Source: Deltaproteobacteria bacterium
Lineage (GTDB): Bacteria; Desulfobacterota; Dissulfuribacteria; Dissulfuribacterales; DYLC01
Length of the DNA stretch: 64,000 nucleotides
Direction of reading: 5' to 3'
Assembly (NCBI GenBank): GCA_028695735.1
Contig: JAQVIJ010000003.1
Coordinates: forward strand, 306,246-370,245
Shown: positions 29,789-40,656 of the stretch, piece after piece
How positions within the stretch are numbered: position 1 is the first letter of the stretch
How the letters are laid out: each line of letters starts with the position of its first letter
Program-made: the position numbers and the translations under genes
The notes under the pieces: model-generated
The model's input: the letters and a program-made list of their open reading frames with translations, nothing else
Database searches by the model: none
What the model was told of the DNA's origin: nothing

Positions 29789-30538
29789 TTATGATAATTG
29801 CCCTGAAAGCTCAGGGGTAATGTCCAACAGTTCTTGTGAAATCAGCAGCCCGTCCATGGTATTGGCGCTCACCGCCTTTCTGATGTCATCCATGGAAACA
29901 GCGTGGCCCATGTGGAATATCCCGTTTTGAGTGCGGTGAAGCCGTGCAAGGCATGCGCCGCATCCTAATTTTTGCCCGAAATCATGGGCCAGGGTCCTGA
30001 CATAGGTGCCCTTTGAGCAATGCAGCGAAAAACCCATTACGGGCGGTTCCCATGAGGTCACGACAAAGGAAAATATCTCGATTTCACGGGCGTTTTTTTG
30101 AATGAATATCCCTTTTCTGGCCAATTTATACAGGGGCTGTCCCTTGTGTTTCACAGCGGAAAAGACAGGAGGGACCTGAAACAACCTGCCGGTAAACGTA
30201 TCGGCGAGCTGTTGCAGGCTTTGCATGGTCAGGTTTGCTGGGACCGGTTGTTCTGAGACAATGTCGCCTTCCTTGTCGTAAGTTGTTGTCTCCATGCCGA
30301 GCTGCATCAGACCGTCATAGCGTTTGTGGCCCATCATAAGTTTTTCAGAGAGTTTTGTGGCCTTGCCTATGCACAGGGTCAATATCCCTGTGGCCAGTGG
30401 GTCCAGCGTGCCTGTATGCCCGATCTTTTTGATGTTCAGGAGCCTTCTGGTCAGCTTTATCACCTGGAAAGAGGTCATTCCAAGGGGTTTGTCTATTACG
30501 AGAACGCCGTTTAATTCCATATCATTGCCATGTGACAT
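29789..30538 (-). CDS. truB: tRNA pseudouridine55 synthase
   Basis: 249 aa. VIDKPLGMTSF and HTGTLDPLATGIL. Confidence 0.9.
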   Translation of the reverse strand: MSHGNDMELNGVLVIDKPLGMTSFQVIKLTRRLLNIKKIGHTGTLDPLATGILTLCIGKATKLSEKLMMGHKRYDGLMQLGMETTTYDKEGDIVSEQPVPANLTMQSLQQLADTFTGRLFQVPPVFSAVKHKGQPLYKLARKGIFIQKNAREIEIFSFVVTSWEPPVMGFSLHCSKGTYVRTLAHDFGQKLGCGACLARLHRTQNGIFHMGHAVSMDDIRKAVSANTMDGLLISQELLDITPELSGQLS

Positions 30539-31553
30539 CAGCCAGTTTGGCGAGTATCATGCCTTTGATCTCCGCTATGGGCCTGTTCATTCGAAACCCG
30601 GCTGCATGAAAATGACCCCCTCCTCCAAATGATGCCGCCAGCTCTGCCGCATTGAAATAGCTTTTGGAGCGCAGACTTACATTGCTCTGACCGTTACTGG
30701 TCTCTTTAATAAATACAGCCAGTTCCACTGTGTCTATGGACCTGAGACAGCCTACAAAATCGTGTGCGTCCTCTTCGTTGGCGCCGCTCTGCAGGAACAT
30801 CTCTGGCGACACATACATAAAACCCACCTTGCCGTTATATTCAAGCTCAAGGGTGTTCAGGGCCATGGCCAGCAGCCTGTGTCTGGATACAGGGTATTGC
30901 TGAAAAAGTTGTGATGAAATCCTGTGCGGATTTGCGCCAGCCCTCACCAATGCCGCAGCCATTTCCAGGGCATCCGCATTGGTATTGCTGTGACAGAAAG
31001 AACCGGTGTCAGTGACCACTCCTGTGTAGATATTGGTGGCTATCTCCGGAGTCAGGGGGCGGTTCATGGTCTCCAGCAGCCAGTAGACCAGGGCGGCCGT
31101 TGAAAATGCCTCTGTGTCGATATAGAGGAGGGGGGGCTTTGAAAATATGCCTGCAAATTCCGAAAGGGGTTCCGGCCTGGCTATGTGATGATCGAGCACG
31201 ACGGCTGTCTCAAAGAGATGCGCAGGTAAAAATGGAAGGATACCGGTGCGTTGCAGTTCATTGCAATCCAGCACAATCAGGATGGTGTCTTGTGGAAGGG
31301 TAGGGGAGCGACCGGAAGCCAGGTCTGAAGCGAATACAATGGAGCCGCTTTCCGGCAAAAAGAGCAGGTTCTGCGGCACAGGGTCGGTGAGACAGGGTAT
31401 GACGGTCTTACCCGCCTGAGTAAGGGCCAGATAAAGGGCCAGAAGCGACCCTATGGCGTCTCCGTCCGGTTTCTGATGCGCGGTGATCAGAAAATTCCGG
31501 GATTCCTCTATGAGTTTTGCTATCTTTTCAAGCTGCTGGTCGTTTTTTTTCAT
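30522..31553 (-). CDS. DHH/DHHA1 phosphoesterase (NrnA-like)
   Basis: 343 aa. HQKPDGDAIGS, a DHH-type motif, and C-terminal GGGGHFHAAG. Confidence 0.8.
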   Translation of the reverse strand: MKKNDQQLEKIAKLIEESRNFLITAHQKPDGDAIGSLLALYLALTQAGKTVIPCLTDPVPQNLLFLPESGSIVFASDLASGRSPTLPQDTILIVLDCNELQRTGILPFLPAHLFETAVVLDHHIARPEPLSEFAGIFSKPPLLYIDTEAFSTAALVYWLLETMNRPLTPEIATNIYTGVVTDTGSFCHSNTNADALEMAAALVRAGANPHRISSQLFQQYPVSRHRLLAMALNTLELEYNGKVGFMYVSPEMFLQSGANEEDAHDFVGCLRSIDTVELAVFIKETSNGQSNVSLRSKSYFNAAELAASFGGGGHFHAAGFRMNRPIAEIKGMILAKLADVTWQ

Positions 31554-31576
31554 ATATGATCACAGGGTAAAAAATA

Positions 31577-32005
31577 TCATTTGCCATTCTTGTCGATATA
31601 CCCGGCGCCGCTGGTTTTAACGCTGGGTGTCTCAAGGGTCTCCGCAAGCGTGGATGAATGGGGAATAGTCGCCAGGACATCCTCCAGATGCAGTTGCCGT
31701 TCAAGTGTGGTATCGAGCGAGAAATTCAGCTCGGGTATCTGTCTCATCTCTATACGGTGGGCCAACATGGTCCTGATGAAGCCCTTGGCCTGTTTGAGCC
31801 CTTTCATGACATCTTTTTTGTCCTGCTCGGAACCCGCAACCGCCACAAATATCTTTGCATACTTGAGATCAGTGGAGACCTCTACATTCATTACAGTAAC
31901 AAGTCCGTGTATGCGGGGATCCTTTATCTCATCAAGCAGCAGATACGCCAGTTCTTTCTTGATCATATCCGCTATTCTGTATGCCCTTGGAAATCTATGC
32001 GCCAT
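31577..32005 (-). CDS. rbfA: ribosome-binding factor A
   Basis: 142 aa. The position in the operon and RIADMIKKELAYLL support the call. Confidence 0.85.
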   Translation of the reverse strand: MAHRFPRAYRIADMIKKELAYLLLDEIKDPRIHGLVTVMNVEVSTDLKYAKIFVAVAGSEQDKKDVMKGLKQAKGFIRTMLAHRIEMRQIPELNFSLDTTLERQLHLEDVLATIPHSSTLAETLETPSVKTSGAGYIDKNGK

Positions 32006-32021
32006 TATATATACCTATAGT

Positions 32022-32336
32022 CTATCTATTGCTTCGAATTTCATGTTTACCCATGTTGATGATTTCCATCTCTGCATCCGTAAGGTCAACGATGCCGATG
32101 TTTTCAACGAAATCTATTATCTTGTTCAGTACCGAATCCAGTACGCTTGCGCTGTTTCCCACGACTGCAACACCAATCTCAGCGCTTTGCCATAGATCGT
32201 GATGGTCTGTCTCCGATGCAGCGGCTTCGAAACGGTTTTTTATCTGCTGTAGAATGCTCTTTATCACCCGCCGTTTTTCTTTTAATGAGTGATTTTCAGG
32301 TAAACTCAGGGTGATACGCAAGATTCCTGTAAACAT
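32022..32336 (-). CDS. DUF503 (YlxP-like) protein
   Basis: 104 aa. SLKEKRRVIKSI motif, and the canonical position between infB and rbfA. Confidence 0.7.
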   Translation of the reverse strand: MFTGILRITLSLPENHSLKEKRRVIKSILQQIKNRFEAAASETDHHDLWQSAEIGVAVVGNSASVLDSVLNKIIDFVENIGIVDLTDAEMEIINMGKHEIRSNR

Positions 32337-32346
32337 CAGGCTCTAA

Positions 32347-35300
32347 TCAGCTTGCAAGCACATGTTTGGTTTCTTCCAGCACAAACGATTCAATGACATC
32401 GCCTTCCTTGATATCATTGAAGCGTTCCAGCCCGATACCGCACTCGTAACCGGATCCCACCTCTTTTACGTCCTCTTTGAACCTGCGCAATGAGATGATC
32501 TTGCCCGTATATACCACTACATTGTCCCGTAAAAGCCGCGCCTTGGAATTCCTCTGTACCACTCCATCGGTTACGGCGCAGCCGGCCACAGCGCCCACCT
32601 TGGGCACCATGAAAACCTGCCTTACCAGTGCCCTGCCAAGGGTCTTTTCTTTGAATACAGGCTCAAGCAGACCGGTCATGGCGTTTTTGATATCATCTAT
32701 GAGATTGAAGATGACATCATAAAAACGGATGTCAACCTTTTCCTGCTCAGCCAGATTTCTGGCCTGGGGATTTGGTTTGACATTGAAACCTATGATGATG
32801 GCATTGGATGCGGAGGCCAGCAGCACATCCGATTCAGAGATGGCGCCTATGCCGCTTGCAACTATCTTCAGTGTGACATCCGGAGTGCTGAGCTTGTTTA
32901 GGGCGTCCGATATGGCCTCAACCGAACCCTGGACATCGGTCTTCAGGATTATGCCCAGTTCTTTCATGTCCTGGGCCTTTATGCGGTCGAATACATTGTC
33001 GAGACTGATTTTTTGTATGCTCTTGGCCAGTTCTATCTCCCGATTTTTTCTCTGACGGTATTCCGCCACCTCTCTCGCCTTTTTCTCGTCAGGCAACACA
33101 ACGAATTCATCTCCGGCGGAAGGCACTCCGGAGAGGCCCAGTACCTCAACAGGCATGGAGGGGCCCGCTGATTTGATGGGCAATCCCTTGTCGTTGTTCA
33201 TGGCGCGAATCTTTCCGTAGTGCATGCCGCAGACTATGCTGTCTCCCACATGCAGCGTGCCATCGGATATGAGCAGAGTGGCCACAGGACCACGACCCTT
33301 GTCCAATTTACTTTCTACGACATGCCCCTTGGCGGATCTGGTGGGATCAGCCTTCAATTCCATTACCTCGGATTGCAGGGCCAGCATCTCCAGAAATTCA
33401 TCTATGCCTATGCGTTTTTTGGCAGAGATATTCACGAATATGGTATCGCCGCCCCATTCCTCCGGCACAAGACCATATTCCGCCAGTTCTCTTTTGACGC
33501 GATCGATGTTGGCGTTCGGTTTGTCGATCTTGTTGATGGCCACGATGATGGGCACCTTTGCGGCCTTTGCATGGTCTATGGCCTCTTTTGTCTGGGCCAT
33601 AACGCCATCGTCAGCCGCGACTACCAGTATCACGATATCAGTTACCTGAGCGCCTCTGGCCCTCATGGCTGTAAATGCCTCGTGGCCGGGTGTGTCTAAA
33701 AAGACCACATCGTGTCCGGATGCCAGGGTGACATGATAGGCGCCTATGTGTTGAGTGATGCCGCCGGCCTCCTTGGAAACCACATCCGCCTCTCGAATGG
33801 CATCGAGAAGAGAGGTTTTGCCGTGGTCCACGTGCCCCATGACCGTTACCACAGGCGGACGCAGGACCAGCTCCCCTGAACCCTGCTGTTCAAATTCCAT
33901 CAACATATCCTCTGCGACAGTGCGTTTTTCCACTTCAAAATTGAACTCGGTTGCGAGAAGCGCCGCTGTGTCATAATCTATGGATTGGTTGATGGTGGCC
34001 ATGACCCCCATGCTCATGAGCTTGCCGATGACATCCCCGATCTTGACCCCCATTTTTTTGGCAAGGTCACCCAGTTGTATGGCATCATCGAGTATGAGTC
34101 TTTTCCTGCCGGCTTGGGCGTCGGAGGATACATGACCTGCTTCGGCTTGAGGCGAAGAAAGCGGCCTGGTTGTTTTTTTTCTGCCAGGCCCTGATTTACC
34201 CGTGCCGGTCCTGAAAACAACAGGCTCAAGGATTGCTTCATCAGCGGATGTTTCAGGCAGCAGGACATCCGTCACATTTAAATCGGTGTCCAGTTCCTCG
34301 GACAGCAACTTGGTTATCGGTTTGAGCCGTTCGGTCTTTTTGGCTGCGGCCTTGCGTCTTCTGGCGGCCTCTTCCATCTCGGAGACCTGAACCACCCGCT
34401 TTGGCAGGTCTTTCTTTTTGGTCTTTTTGTCTATTTCAAGCACCGGAGCCGTTATATCAATGCGCGGGGTCGTCCTGTCAGAAAAGGATGGGGCAGACGG
34501 TGTTGTTTCAGGTCTGCGGTTTTTCCCTGAATAGGAGCCTGGCGCCCCTGGGCCGCCGGGTCGCGACGGCCTTGGCTGCTGTTTTGATGAAGGCGGTACG
34601 GGTTGGGGCAGGACAATACGTGGTCTATCGACTATCTTGACATAACTTTTGGGCTGCTGGGCGGTTTTTTGTGTGGATGGCTCATGTCTTTCATGTCCCT
34701 TTTCTCGCTTGCCCATTACAACCTCTCGAAGAGGGTGTTTCTTCTCTTCCTTAGCCTCTGTCTTTTCGATAGCTACTTGCTGACGGGTTGTGTCCGGTCT
34801 TTCAGCCTCAGGCGTTTCTACCGGTGATACAGGAGCGGTCTCTGTCACTGGTGCCTCGGCAGATTTTTCAGGGGCTGTTTCAGGCTTGGGGTGGTGTATT
34901 TTGCTTGTTTTGGGTTCCATCTTGGCCTTCACAGCGGTTTTGTCCATGGATTCAGTGGCTGGAGGCGGAGTTTCTTTTGGGGCAGTAGCCGAAGTTTTTG
35001 GGGGAGCCGCCTGCGGAGTTTCTTTGGGGGGCTCTTTTTTGATGACCTTTACATAGGATTTGGGAGGCGCCGGCGGAAGATGTTTTGGGGTTGGTGCCTC
35101 TGAGACTTCAGCCCTTTCTTCACGGCCCGTGGAAGCGGTCTCTTCCAATGATTCCTCTGCGGCCGTCTCGCCATTGTGAGTGATCTTGGTGAGCCTGATG
35201 CTGGGGCGGCGTCTGATGACGGTTGTTTGCCTGGAGGCCGTGTCTTCAGACATTTTGTCCAGTGTTTTGTGCGACTGTCTGGCGTGGGGGCCTTCACCTT

Positions 35301-35490
35301 CAACCACTGATGAGACGGATCGGGCAGCCCTTTCCTCACGGAATTTCATCCTTATTTCATGAACCTCATGGTCTTCAAGGGTGCTGCTGTAATTTTTTAT
35401 GGGATAGCCATGGTTTTTAATCCATGCCTCCATCTCTTTTGGAGCCAGGGAAAACTCCTTTGCCAACTCATGCACTCTAATTTTACTCAT
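32347..35490 (-). CDS. infB: translation initiation factor IF-2
   Basis: 1047 aa. GTPase motifs [24 protein letters not shown]. Long P/K/E/T-rich N-terminal region. Confidence 0.95.
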   Translation of the reverse strand: MSKIRVHELAKEFSLAPKEMEAWIKNHGYPIKNYSSTLEDHEVHEIRMKFREERAARSVSSVVEGEGPHARQSHKTLDKMSEDTASRQTTVIRRRPSIRLTKITHNGETAAEESLEETASTGREERAEVSEAPTPKHLPPAPPKSYVKVIKKEPPKETPQAAPPKTSATAPKETPPPATESMDKTAVKAKMEPKTSKIHHPKPETAPEKSAEAPVTETAPVSPVETPEAERPDTTRQQVAIEKTEAKEEKKHPLREVVMGKREKGHERHEPSTQKTAQQPKSYVKIVDRPRIVLPQPVPPSSKQQPRPSRPGGPGAPGSYSGKNRRPETTPSAPSFSDRTTPRIDITAPVLEIDKKTKKKDLPKRVVQVSEMEEAARRRKAAAKKTERLKPITKLLSEELDTDLNVTDVLLPETSADEAILEPVVFRTGTGKSGPGRKKTTRPLSSPQAEAGHVSSDAQAGRKRLILDDAIQLGDLAKKMGVKIGDVIGKLMSMGVMATINQSIDYDTAALLATEFNFEVEKRTVAEDMLMEFEQQGSGELVLRPPVVTVMGHVDHGKTSLLDAIREADVVSKEAGGITQHIGAYHVTLASGHDVVFLDTPGHEAFTAMRARGAQVTDIVILVVAADDGVMAQTKEAIDHAKAAKVPIIVAINKIDKPNANIDRVKRELAEYGLVPEEWGGDTIFVNISAKKRIGIDEFLEMLALQSEVMELKADPTRSAKGHVVESKLDKGRGPVATLLISDGTLHVGDSIVCGMHYGKIRAMNNDKGLPIKSAGPSMPVEVLGLSGVPSAGDEFVVLPDEKKAREVAEYRQRKNREIELAKSIQKISLDNVFDRIKAQDMKELGIILKTDVQGSVEAISDALNKLSTPDVTLKIVASGIGAISESDVLLASASNAIIIGFNVKPNPQARNLAEQEKVDIRFYDVIFNLIDDIKNAMTGLLEPVFKEKTLGRALVRQVFMVPKVGAVAGCAVTDGVVQRNSKARLLRDNVVVYTGKIISLRRFKEDVKEVGSGYECGIGLERFNDIKEGDVIESFVLEETKHVLAS

Positions 35491-35496
35491 ATTTTA

Positions 35497-36750
35497 TTAC
35501 CTCAATGCCCCATTGGTTGATTCATTACTGCCTTTCGCCTCCTCGATGACCGCTTTGGCCATATCCCTTTTCATGTGTGAGATATGCGCCAGGTCCACAG
35601 CATCCATTTGGGCTATCTTTTCCACGGAATCTATGCCGGCGGCAAACAGTTTATCGGCTATATTTTCCGTTATTCCACTCAGCTTCAGGAGGTTACGGTA
35701 TTCCGGATTCTCAAGATTGGCGTGTCTGGTTTCGGTTTTGACATCTATCTTCCAGCCCAGGAGCTTACCTGCCAGTCTTACATTTTGCCCCTGTTTCCCG
35801 ATGGCCAGGGAGAGCTGATCATCTGGAACGATGATTTCAAGGACATGATTGTCCTCATCCACTATAACCTTGGAACATTCAGCCGGTGCAAGGGCGTTAT
35901 AGACGTATCTGGCAGGGTCCGGATTCCAGAGCACGATATCTATGCGTTCACCCCTGAGTTCCTGGACCACTGCCTGCACTCTGGAGCCGCGCATACCCAC
36001 ACATGCCCCGATGGGATCAACGTCCGAAAGATTGGACGAAACAGATATCTTTGACCTGCTGCCAGGGTCCCTTGCCACCGCCATGATCTTGATGGTGCCG
36101 TCAGCGATTTCAGGCACCTCCAACTCGAAGAGTTTGACCAGAAATTCTGGACAGGTGCGTGACAGGATGACCTGAGGGTCCTTGGCGCCCTTTCGAATCT
36201 CCATGATATACGCCCGAATGCGTTCTCCTCTTCTGAGATTTTCGTGAGGAAGCTGTTCGGATGTAGGCAGCAGGGCGTCCGTCCTGCCAAGATTGATGAT
36301 TGCCCCCGAAGAATCTACACGCTGGATAATGCCGTTTACGATTTCACCTACCCGGTCCTTGAATTCTTCGTAGATGAGGTCGCGTTCCGCTGTGCGGAGT
36401 TTCTGCATGATTACCTGACGGGCTGATTGCGCAGCGATGCGGCCAAAGGCGGCTATGTCCAGTTTGACGCCGATACTGTCACCCAGTTGGCTTTCAGGGT
36501 CCAGCCGCTGGGCCTCTTCAAGGGACATCTCCATATCTTTATTGGAAATCTTTTCCACGACGGTTCGATATTGAAATATATCTATCTCTCCGTCATCGGG
36601 ATTGTATTTGATCTCTATGTCCATTGGATTGGCGGCCTGTTTTTTGATGGCGGATGCAATGGCCTCTTCAATGGTGGAAATCAGGATGTTTTTGTTGAGC
36701 CCTTTTTCCTTGCTGACCTGATCTATGATTCGTTTCAACTCTAAAGACAT
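35497..36750 (-). CDS. nusA: transcription termination/antitermination factor NusA
   Basis: 417 aa. N-terminal domain, S1, two KH domains and a C-terminal HhH-like region. Confidence 0.95.
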   Translation of the reverse strand: MSLELKRIIDQVSKEKGLNKNILISTIEEAIASAIKKQAANPMDIEIKYNPDDGEIDIFQYRTVVEKISNKDMEMSLEEAQRLDPESQLGDSIGVKLDIAAFGRIAAQSARQVIMQKLRTAERDLIYEEFKDRVGEIVNGIIQRVDSSGAIINLGRTDALLPTSEQLPHENLRRGERIRAYIMEIRKGAKDPQVILSRTCPEFLVKLFELEVPEIADGTIKIMAVARDPGSRSKISVSSNLSDVDPIGACVGMRGSRVQAVVQELRGERIDIVLWNPDPARYVYNALAPAECSKVIVDEDNHVLEIIVPDDQLSLAIGKQGQNVRLAGKLLGWKIDVKTETRHANLENPEYRNLLKLSGITENIADKLFAAGIDSVEKIAQMDAVDLAHISHMKRDMAKAVIEEAKGSNESTNGALR

Positions 36751-36770
36751 ATTTTTTCGCCCTTTACATA

Positions 36771-37253
36771 TTATAAGATATCCAGTCTGGCCTTTCTGAT
36801 CTGTTCAATTGGTATGCAGTGATCTGCTCCATCTACAGAAATAATAACGTTTCCATTCTCAACCCCTAAAAGCAGCCCTTTGTATCTCTTGCGGCCAGAG
36901 ATGGGGATTTTGGTCTCTACCAGGGCCTTTTGCCCTGCAAATCTCTGAAAGTCCGCCTGCTTCTTGAGCGGACGGTTTATGCCCGGGGACGAGACTTCCA
37001 GGATATAATGACTCGATATGGGGTCGTGCGCATCGAGGATATCCCCTGCCAGACGGCTTATCCTTTCGCAGTCAGCCAATGTCACACCCTCCGGCTTGTC
37101 GAGCAGAATGCGAAGGGTGATGCCTCCAGGGGCCTTCACAATGGCGAGATCCACCAGTTCATATCCGGAATTGATGATAACCGGCTGTAATAATTCCGTC
37201 AGTTTGTCTTCCAATCGTTCTTTCTCAGGCATATAAAATAAAAAAGTGGGCAT
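36771..37253 (-). CDS. rimP: ribosome maturation factor RimP
   Basis: 160 aa. Sits upstream of nusA and has LEVSSPGINRPL. Confidence 0.85.
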   Translation of the reverse strand: MPTFLFYMPEKERLEDKLTELLQPVIINSGYELVDLAIVKAPGGITLRILLDKPEGVTLADCERISRLAGDILDAHDPISSHYILEVSSPGINRPLKKQADFQRFAGQKALVETKIPISGRKRYKGLLLGVENGNVIISVDGADHCIPIEQIRKARLDIL

Positions 37254-37392
37254 AAGCCCACTTCAAATAGCAGAGAGAGTATATTTTCCATTCATTATAC
37301 ATTTCTCCACTAATTGAAGTAATAGCCAAGCCCAGGCCGATGGGCTATTATATAAGGCCAACCTCAAATAGGGCAATTACAGGCCGTTTTTC

Positions 37393-37468
37393 TGGAGCGG
37401 GCGACGGGGTTCGAACCCGCGACCCCAAGCTTGGGAAGCTTGTGCTCTACCAGCTGAGCTACACCCGC
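37393..37468 (-). tRNA. tRNA-Gly (anticodon CCC), CCA encoded
   Basis: Reverse complement is GCGGGTGTAGCTCAGCTGGTAGAGCACAAGCTTCCCAAGCTTGGGGTCGCGGGTTCGAACCCCGTCGCCCGCTCCA. It folds as a cloverleaf with a 7-bp acceptor stem, anticodon loop TTCCCAA, and GTTCGAA T-loop. Confidence 0.9.
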
Positions 37469-37561
37469 AAAAAAACCTTTTATTTAATAAGGGATTTTGG
37501 ATATAATGTCAAGGAACATTATCGCGGGATTTCAACCAAAGGGATTTTAAAAGACATTCAC

Positions 37562-39052
37562 ATGACACTTACGACATTTCAAGAGTTTGAGACCATCGCT
37601 CATGACGCCAATCTGGCGCCTGTAACCGACACAGTTTCAGTGGACATGGACACGCCCATCTCCATTTATCTCAAGGTGGCGTCAGGTTCCCACTCCTTTC
37701 TGCTGGAAAGCCTTGAAGGTGGTGAAAAATGGGGACGTTACAGTTTTATCGGCCTTTCCCCCATTCTTGTATTCGGTTCAAAGGGCAGACAGGTATTTCA
37801 GGAATACGCAGGAGAGGAGAGGCAATGGCAGGATTCCACCGATCCCCTGCAGGATTTTCAGAGGATACTGGCGCAGTTCAGGCCAGCACACATACCTCTT
37901 TCCGAGCCGCCTCGATTTTCAGGCGGGGCAGTGGGGTATCTTGGCTATGATATGGTGCGTTTCATGGAGAGGTTGCCGGAACGTCTCACAAACAACACCG
38001 GCTTCAACGATAGTGTTTTCATGGTGCCGCGATTGGTGCTTGCCCATGACAATATCAAGCACACCCTTCAGATAATCTGCTGGGCGCGGCTCGACGGCTC
38101 TCCGTTGAACAAGATATATGAAAAGGCCGTGGAAGATGTGAGGCAGGTGCGGAACCGCCTGTTGCAGGGCTGTCCATATCCATCTGATTCCATTACAGAA
38201 ACGACCTCTCTCACCCCTGAGGTGGAACAGTCTGTGTTTGAGGCTGATGTGAGAAAGGCCAAGGAATACATTCGTGCCGGAGATATCATTCAGGTGGTGC
38301 TGTCACAGCGTTTCTCTGGCAGGAATCGTATCCCCCTTTTCGAGATATACAGGGCATTGAGGTGTATCAACCCTTCTCCATATCTGTATTTTTTGCAGAT
38401 GGGCGATGAGTCCATGGCTGGTTCTTCTCCTGAGATATTAGTCAGACTCACGAACAGACATATCGAGCTGCGGCCCATTGCAGGGACACGTCCAAGGGGA
38501 AGGGACGATGCCGAGGACAAACGGCTGGAAAAGGAACTGCTGGCCGACCCCAAAGAAAGGGCAGAACACCTCATGCTCGTAGATTTGGGCAGAAACGATG
38601 TGGGCCGTGTGGCCAGGCTTGGAACCGTGAAGGTCAGCGAACTGATGCATATAGAGCGTTATTCCCATGTGATGCACATAGTTTCCAATGTGACCGGTGA
38701 ACTGGACGAGGGTCTGGACATGTTTCATGTGTTGAAGGCCTGTTTTCCTGCTGGCACTGTCTCAGGCGCCCCCAAGATTAGGGCCATGGAGATCATAGAG
38801 GAACTGGAGCATACGAGACGAGGACCTTATGCAGGTGCGGCAGGTTATATGGATTTCTCGGGCAATATGGACATGGCAATCACCATTCGGACCCTCTGTC
38901 AGAAAGGGGATCAACTCTATCTTCAGGCAGGGGCCGGCATAGTGGCTGATTCGGATCCTGCAAAGGAATGGGAGGAGACCATAAACAAAGGCAAGGCCTT
39001 GATGAAGGCCATAGATAAGGCGCAGGGTTTAAAACTTGATAAAGGAATTTAA
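37562..39052 (+). CDS. trpE: anthranilate synthase component I
   Basis: ORF-track entry 37340..39052 overlaps the tRNA. I place the start at ATG 37562 (MTLTTFQEF). Motifs LESLEGGEKWGRYSFIG and GAGIVADSDP. Confidence 0.9.
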   Translation: MTLTTFQEFETIAHDANLAPVTDTVSVDMDTPISIYLKVASGSHSFLLESLEGGEKWGRYSFIGLSPILVFGSKGRQVFQEYAGEERQWQDSTDPLQDFQRILAQFRPAHIPLSEPPRFSGGAVGYLGYDMVRFMERLPERLTNNTGFNDSVFMVPRLVLAHDNIKHTLQIICWARLDGSPLNKIYEKAVEDVRQVRNRLLQGCPYPSDSITETTSLTPEVEQSVFEADVRKAKEYIRAGDIIQVVLSQRFSGRNRIPLFEIYRALRCINPSPYLYFLQMGDESMAGSSPEILVRLTNRHIELRPIAGTRPRGRDDAEDKRLEKELLADPKERAEHLMLVDLGRNDVGRVARLGTVKVSELMHIERYSHVMHIVSNVTGELDEGLDMFHVLKACFPAGTVSGAPKIRAMEIIEELEHTRRGPYAGAAGYMDFSGNMDMAITIRTLCQKGDQLYLQAGAGIVADSDPAKEWEETINKGKALMKAIDKAQGLKLDKGI

Positions 39053-39055
39053 ATA

Positions 39056-39625
39056 ATGTTGTTAGTAATCGACAATTACGACTCTTTTACCTATAATCTC
39101 GTGCAGATGTTGGGGATACTCGGAGCTGATATGAAGGTCATCAGAAACGACGACTTAACCCTGGAACAGGTCGTTTCCCTGAATCCGGACCGGCTGCTCA
39201 TATCGCCTGGTCCATGCACGCCCAATGAGGCAGGTATATCCGTGGCCGCCATTCAATATTTTGCGGGCAGGATACCCATCTTGGGTGTATGTCTGGGGCA
39301 TCAGTCCATAGGAGTGGCGTTTGGGGGCAGGGTGATTCGGGCTGCACGGCTCATGCACGGCAAAACCTCCATGATTCGTCATGACGGCAAGGGTGTATTC
39401 AAGAATATGCCCAATCCCTTTGAGGCCATGAGGTATCATTCCCTTTTGGTGGAGGAATCCTCTCTGCCTGCCTGTCTGGAACCCAGCGCATGGTCTGAAC
39501 AGGATGAGCTGATGGGCATGAGACACAAAGAGTTCGCCATTGAAGGGGTGCAGTTCCATCCGGAATCCATTATGACTCAGGATGGCTTGAAATTATTGAA
39601 GAATTTTTTGCAATTAGGAGAATAA
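39056..39625 (+). CDS. trpG: anthranilate synthase component II (glutamine amidotransferase)
   Basis: 189 aa. GVCLGHQSI and the HPES triad residues. Confidence 0.9.
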   Translation: MLLVIDNYDSFTYNLVQMLGILGADMKVIRNDDLTLEQVVSLNPDRLLISPGPCTPNEAGISVAAIQYFAGRIPILGVCLGHQSIGVAFGGRVIRAARLMHGKTSMIRHDGKGVFKNMPNPFEAMRYHSLLVEESSLPACLEPSAWSEQDELMGMRHKEFAIEGVQFHPESIMTQDGLKLLKNFLQLGE

Positions 39626-39627
39626 TC

Positions 39628-40656
39628 ATGTCGAATCCACTCAAGGCCAGCCTGCTGAGGGTCATGGAGCGCCATGATTTGACGCAGGACGAGATGGCGG
39701 ATGCCATGGAAACAATCATGTCAGGTCAGGCCACAGCCGCCCAGATTGCAGGTTTTTTGGTAGCCCTGCGGGCTAAGGGTGAGACAGTGGATGAGATCAT
39801 CGGAGCGGCCCGCGTCATGCGTCGCCATTCACAGCGCATAGAGGTACATCTGCCGGAAAACGATGTGCTGTTGGATACCTGCGGAACAGGCGGTGACGGA
39901 GCCTCCACCTTCAATATCTCCACTACAGCGGCCTTTGTGGTGGCTGCAAGCGGCATAAAGGTAGCAAAGCATGGGAATCGCTCCATTTCCAGCCGTTCAG
40001 GCAGCGCCGATGTCTTGGAGGCATTGGGTGTAAGGCTCACCATGACACCTGAACAGGTGGCCCGGTGCATTCAGACCATCGGTATCGGCTTTTTGTTTGC
40101 GCCTTCCCTGCATCCTGCCATGAAATATGCGGCAGGGCCGCGTCGCGAGCTTGGTATCCGCACAATCTTCAATGTCCTTGGCCCCCTCACCAATCCAGCC
40201 GGGGCAAATGTGCAGCTCATGGGTGTTTATGACCGGAAACTGTGTATGCCGCTTGTCAGGGCCCTGGCAGGTCTCGGAGCCAGACAGGCCTGGGTGGTGC
40301 ATGGCCCTGATGGCCTGGATGAACTTGGGCTTTCCGGCCCAAATCATGTAGCCCAGTGGAACGGGAAGGATTTCATGGAATTTGATTTTTTTTGCGAAGA
40401 AGTGGGGCTGGACATGGCTGATCTCAATGCAATCAAAGGCGGGGATGCCAAAAGAAACGCTGAAATATGCCGTGAGGTGTTGAGCGGCAAAAAGGGCCCT
40501 CAAAGGGATATCGTGGCATTGAATGCAGGGGCCGCCATTTATCTGGGCGGCAAGGCCCATGAGCTGAAACAAGGGATTCAAATGGCGCAGGATGTACTGG
40601 ATTCAGGGCTTGCGATGAAAAAACTCGAAGAGCTGATAGCGGCAGGAAAGGAGTGA
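39628..40656 (+). CDS. trpD: anthranilate phosphoribosyltransferase
   Basis: 342 aa. DTCGTGGDG and KHGNRS. Confidence 0.9.
   Translation: MSNPLKASLLRVMERHDLTQDEMADAMETIMSGQATAAQIAGFLVALRAKGETVDEIIGAARVMRRHSQRIEVHLPENDVLLDTCGTGGDGASTFNISTTAAFVVAASGIKVAKHGNRSISSRSGSADVLEALGVRLTMTPEQVARCIQTIGIGFLFAPSLHPAMKYAAGPRRELGIRTIFNVLGPLTNPAGANVQLMGVYDRKLCMPLVRALAGLGARQAWVVHGPDGLDELGLSGPNHVAQWNGKDFMEFDFFCEEVGLDMADLNAIKGGDAKRNAEICREVLSGKKGPQRDIVALNAGAAIYLGGKAHELKQGIQMAQDVLDSGLAMKKLEELIAAGKE

Noticed and set aside
34200-35300. Pro/Lys/Glu/Thr-rich low-complexity N-terminal third of IF-2 as an anomaly
   Set aside because: Long, poorly conserved, charged N-terminal extensions are normal for bacterial IF-2. 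The reading frame is continuous and the G-domain is intact.
37340-37561. N-terminal 74 codons of ORF 37340..39052, an extended trpE
   Set aside because: This stretch is antisense to a well-formed tRNA-Gly (37393..37468) and has no similarity to TrpE N-termini. ATG 37562 gives a normal TrpE start.
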